Shown: in pieces, positions 62,560-64,000 of the stretch
How positions within the stretch are numbered: position 1 is the first letter of the stretch
How the letters are laid out: every line of letters starts with the position of its first letter
Source: Clostridia bacterium
GTDB taxonomy: Bacteria; Bacillota; Clostridia; Oscillospirales; CAG-382
Direction of reading: 5' to 3'
Assembly (NCBI GenBank): GCA_017516825.1
Contig: JAFXBC010000011.1
Location: 1,513 to 65,512 of the forward strand
Length of the DNA stretch: 64,000 bases
Notes under the pieces: model-generated
What the model saw: only the letters and a program-made list of their open reading frames with translations
The model's database searches: none
What the model was told of the DNA's origin: nothing
Program-made: the position numbers and the translations under genes

Positions 62560-63467
62560 TCTTCCGTGAATATTTTTCTGTCTATTACCGCACCGTGGGG
62601 AAGCTCCTGGAGGCGTTGCAGACGGGAACTCCCACGGAGAAGGAGCTTCAGGCCATCGTGCGGAGGTACGCCTTCGAGGAAAGCGCCGCCGTCATTCTCC
62701 CCGCCTTAAAACAGGGGCAGTGGCAGTTGATGAAAGAAGATTTGACCACGCCCATCCGTCACACCCCCACCATGCCCTTGACCTTGATAGAAAAGCGTTG
62801 GTTGAAGGCGGTCTCCCTGGATCCCCGTATCCGTCTGTTCGATTTTTCCGCAGAGGGGTTGGAGGACGTGGAGCCTTTGTTCACCCCGCGGGACGTTCGT
62901 GTGTTTGACCGTTACGGTGACGGCGACCCCTATGAGGACGAGACCTACCGCCGCCATTTCCGTACCGCCTTGGAGGCGGTGAAGACGGGAAAGCCGTTGT
63001 TCGTCCGTATGAAGGGGCGGAAGGGCAACGACATTTGTGCCGTTTGTATGCCTTACAAGCTGGAATACTCCGAAAAGGACGATAAATTCCGTCTCCTCAC
63101 CCGAGGTAACCGTTACGTCACCACCCTGAACCTGGCAAAGCTTACGGAATGCTGCTTCTACGAAGGTGTTTGGCAGAACCGTCGGAGCAGGGAACAGCGG
63201 GAGCAATACGCCGTTGTGCTGGAGATCCACGACCGCCGCAACGCCATGGAGCGGGTGATGTTCCATTTCGCCCACTTCAAAAAGCAGGCGGAGATGATAG
63301 GGCGGGAAAAATACCGTCTCACCCTTTGGTGCGACAAGGAGGACGATATGGAGCTTGCCATCCGCATCCTGTCCTTCGGCCCCATGGTAAAGGTTTTGGA
63401 GCCTGCACCCATGGTGGATCTTATCCGAAAAAAGTTGATCATGCAGAAAAACTGCGGACTCATTTGA
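62556..63467 (+). CDS. second WYL-like regulator (paralogous partner)
   Basis: Overlaps the first by 4 nt. Degenerate WYL-like core is PYKLEYSEKDDKFRLLTRGNRYVTTLNLAKL. The WCX-like end is AIRILSFGPMVKVLEPAPMVDLIRKKL. Confidence 0.6.
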   Translation: MIFREYFSVYYRTVGKLLEALQTGTPTEKELQAIVRRYAFEESAAVILPALKQGQWQLMKEDLTTPIRHTPTMPLTLIEKRWLKAVSLDPRIRLFDFSAEGLEDVEPLFTPRDVRVFDRYGDGDPYEDETYRRHFRTALEAVKTGKPLFVRMKGRKGNDICAVCMPYKLEYSEKDDKFRLLTRGNRYVTTLNLAKLTECCFYEGVWQNRRSREQREQYAVVLEIHDRRNAMERVMFHFAHFKKQAEMIGREKYRLTLWCDKEDDMELAIRILSFGPMVKVLEPAPMVDLIRKKLIMQKNCGLI

Positions 63468-63485
63468 GAGTTCGCAGCTTTTTTT
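63452..63485 (+). terminator. strong intrinsic terminator of the WYL operon
   Basis: 10-bp stem CTGCGGACTC / GAGTTCGCAG (one G.U) with the stop codon in the loop, then C + T7. Confidence 0.8.
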
Positions 63486-63507
63486 CCGTGTTTTTACAGG
63501 AAAACCA

Positions 63508-63516
63508 TGGTAAACT
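63508..63516 (+). promoter_or_regulatory. extended -10 element TGgTAAACT (no good -35)
   Basis: Same TGnTAAACTG form as the promoters at 8002-8011 and 53968-53977. Confidence 0.35.
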
Positions 63517-63519
63517 GTG

Positions 63520-63860
63520 CTTGCAAGAGGGAAGGCGGAGCGTTTTCTCACACGCCGGGGTGCGGCGGAGGCTTTCTCCGAGCGTATTCCCAAGTCCTCT
63601 CTCTTGAAAAAGCAGGTTCGATTCCTGCGGTATGCACTCTAAAAATGCATACTCCTATGGTTTGGGAAAGCGCTCTTCGGAGCAAAAACGGTACGCGTAA
63701 GCGTGCGAGAACGTTTTTATGCAAAACCAAGGTGCTCCCGCAGAGGCGGTAAGCTTGGGGGACACGCCGCCTTTGCAGTGAAAGGATCGCCTTGCCGGAG
63801 AGAGGATACCGCATTCTTGCATAGAAAAGAGTGCTGAATCTCTCTGCCGCGATCCTTTCA
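63520..63860 (+). ncRNA. candidate structured RNA or long structured 5' leader (unclassified)
   Basis: Six or more hand-foldable helices including T-loop-like, UUCG and GNRA hairpins and a 78-nt three-helix rod. No credible ORF (see findings). Confidence 0.35.
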
Positions 63861-63892
63861 TGGAAGCACCCTTCAGGGAAGGAAGAAAAGTG

Positions 63893-64000
63893 ATGTTTTG
63901 GAAAGACAGGAAAAAATTCAGAAAGAAGATCAGCGCCGCCTTTCCGGCCTGCTACCGAAAGGACGTGACGGCGGTGTTGAGACGTCTCCTTCCCGGGGGA
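63893..64000 (+). CDS. unknown protein, N-terminal 36 codons only (runs off window)
   Basis: GGAAGGAAG RBS, then ATG 63893: MFWKDRKKFRKKISAAFPACYRKDVTAVLRRLLPGG... Confidence 0.35.
   Translation, partial: MFWKDRKKFRKKISAAFPACYRKDVTAVLRRLLPGG

Noticed and set aside
63507-63752. 81-aa ORF (MVNCACKREGG...) inside the structured region.
   Set aside because: Most codons end in A/T, unlike host genes. The sequence is basic and low-complexity, and it is fully explained by stacked RNA hairpins. It is kept only as the alternative that would refute the ncRNA idea.
63612-63760. Resemblance of AGCAGGTTCGATTCCTGCG to the cobalamin-riboswitch GGTGC-AATCC core, and of AAGGTGCTCCCGCA to the T-box sequence.
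   Set aside because: The B12 box and GCCACTG elements are absent or in the wrong order. The T-box UGGN bulge and its terminator/antiterminator pair are missing. Only ~10/14 positions match.

Overview
GC-rich Firmicutes/Clostridia-type chromosomal segment from a spore-former. Markers are pro-sigma-K, the YggS-SepF-YggT-DivIVA-IleS-LspA-RluD cluster, Lgt, MEP-pathway IspD/IspF and a four-subunit 2-oxoacid:ferredoxin oxidoreductase. I call about 69 CDS. I see no rRNA or complete tRNA gene, no CRISPR array, and no transposase or integrase. Most of the window is tightly packed housekeeping, including a 16-gene minus-strand array with no gap above 45 nt. Accessory patches are: (i) 2.2-9.4 kb, a sugar/glycan-type cluster with a TIM-barrel/Rossmann-like fusion, a cytoplasmic copy of a domain that recurs in a 1024-aa lipoprotein, an AT-rich orphan and a long ADP-ribosylglycohydrolase. 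(ii) 46-50.3 kb, an N/Q/K-rich 50-aa micro-ORF, an AlkZ/YcaQ-like glycosylase operon and an AT-richer islet. (iii) 52.5-60.6 kb, an ECF sigma/anti-sigma module bracketed by near-identical hairpins, two discoidin-bearing lipoproteins and three orphans. (iv) 60.8-64.0 kb, a nitroreductase plus two tandem WYL-domain regulators, followed by a ~0.4 kb hairpin-dense non-coding element and a truncated unknown ORF. That element has a T-loop-like hairpin, UUCG and GNRA tetraloops and a 78-nt rod. Patch (iv) is my best candidate for something undescribed, but it runs off the window edge. All calls come from reading the sequence and from remembered family motifs; no searches were run.
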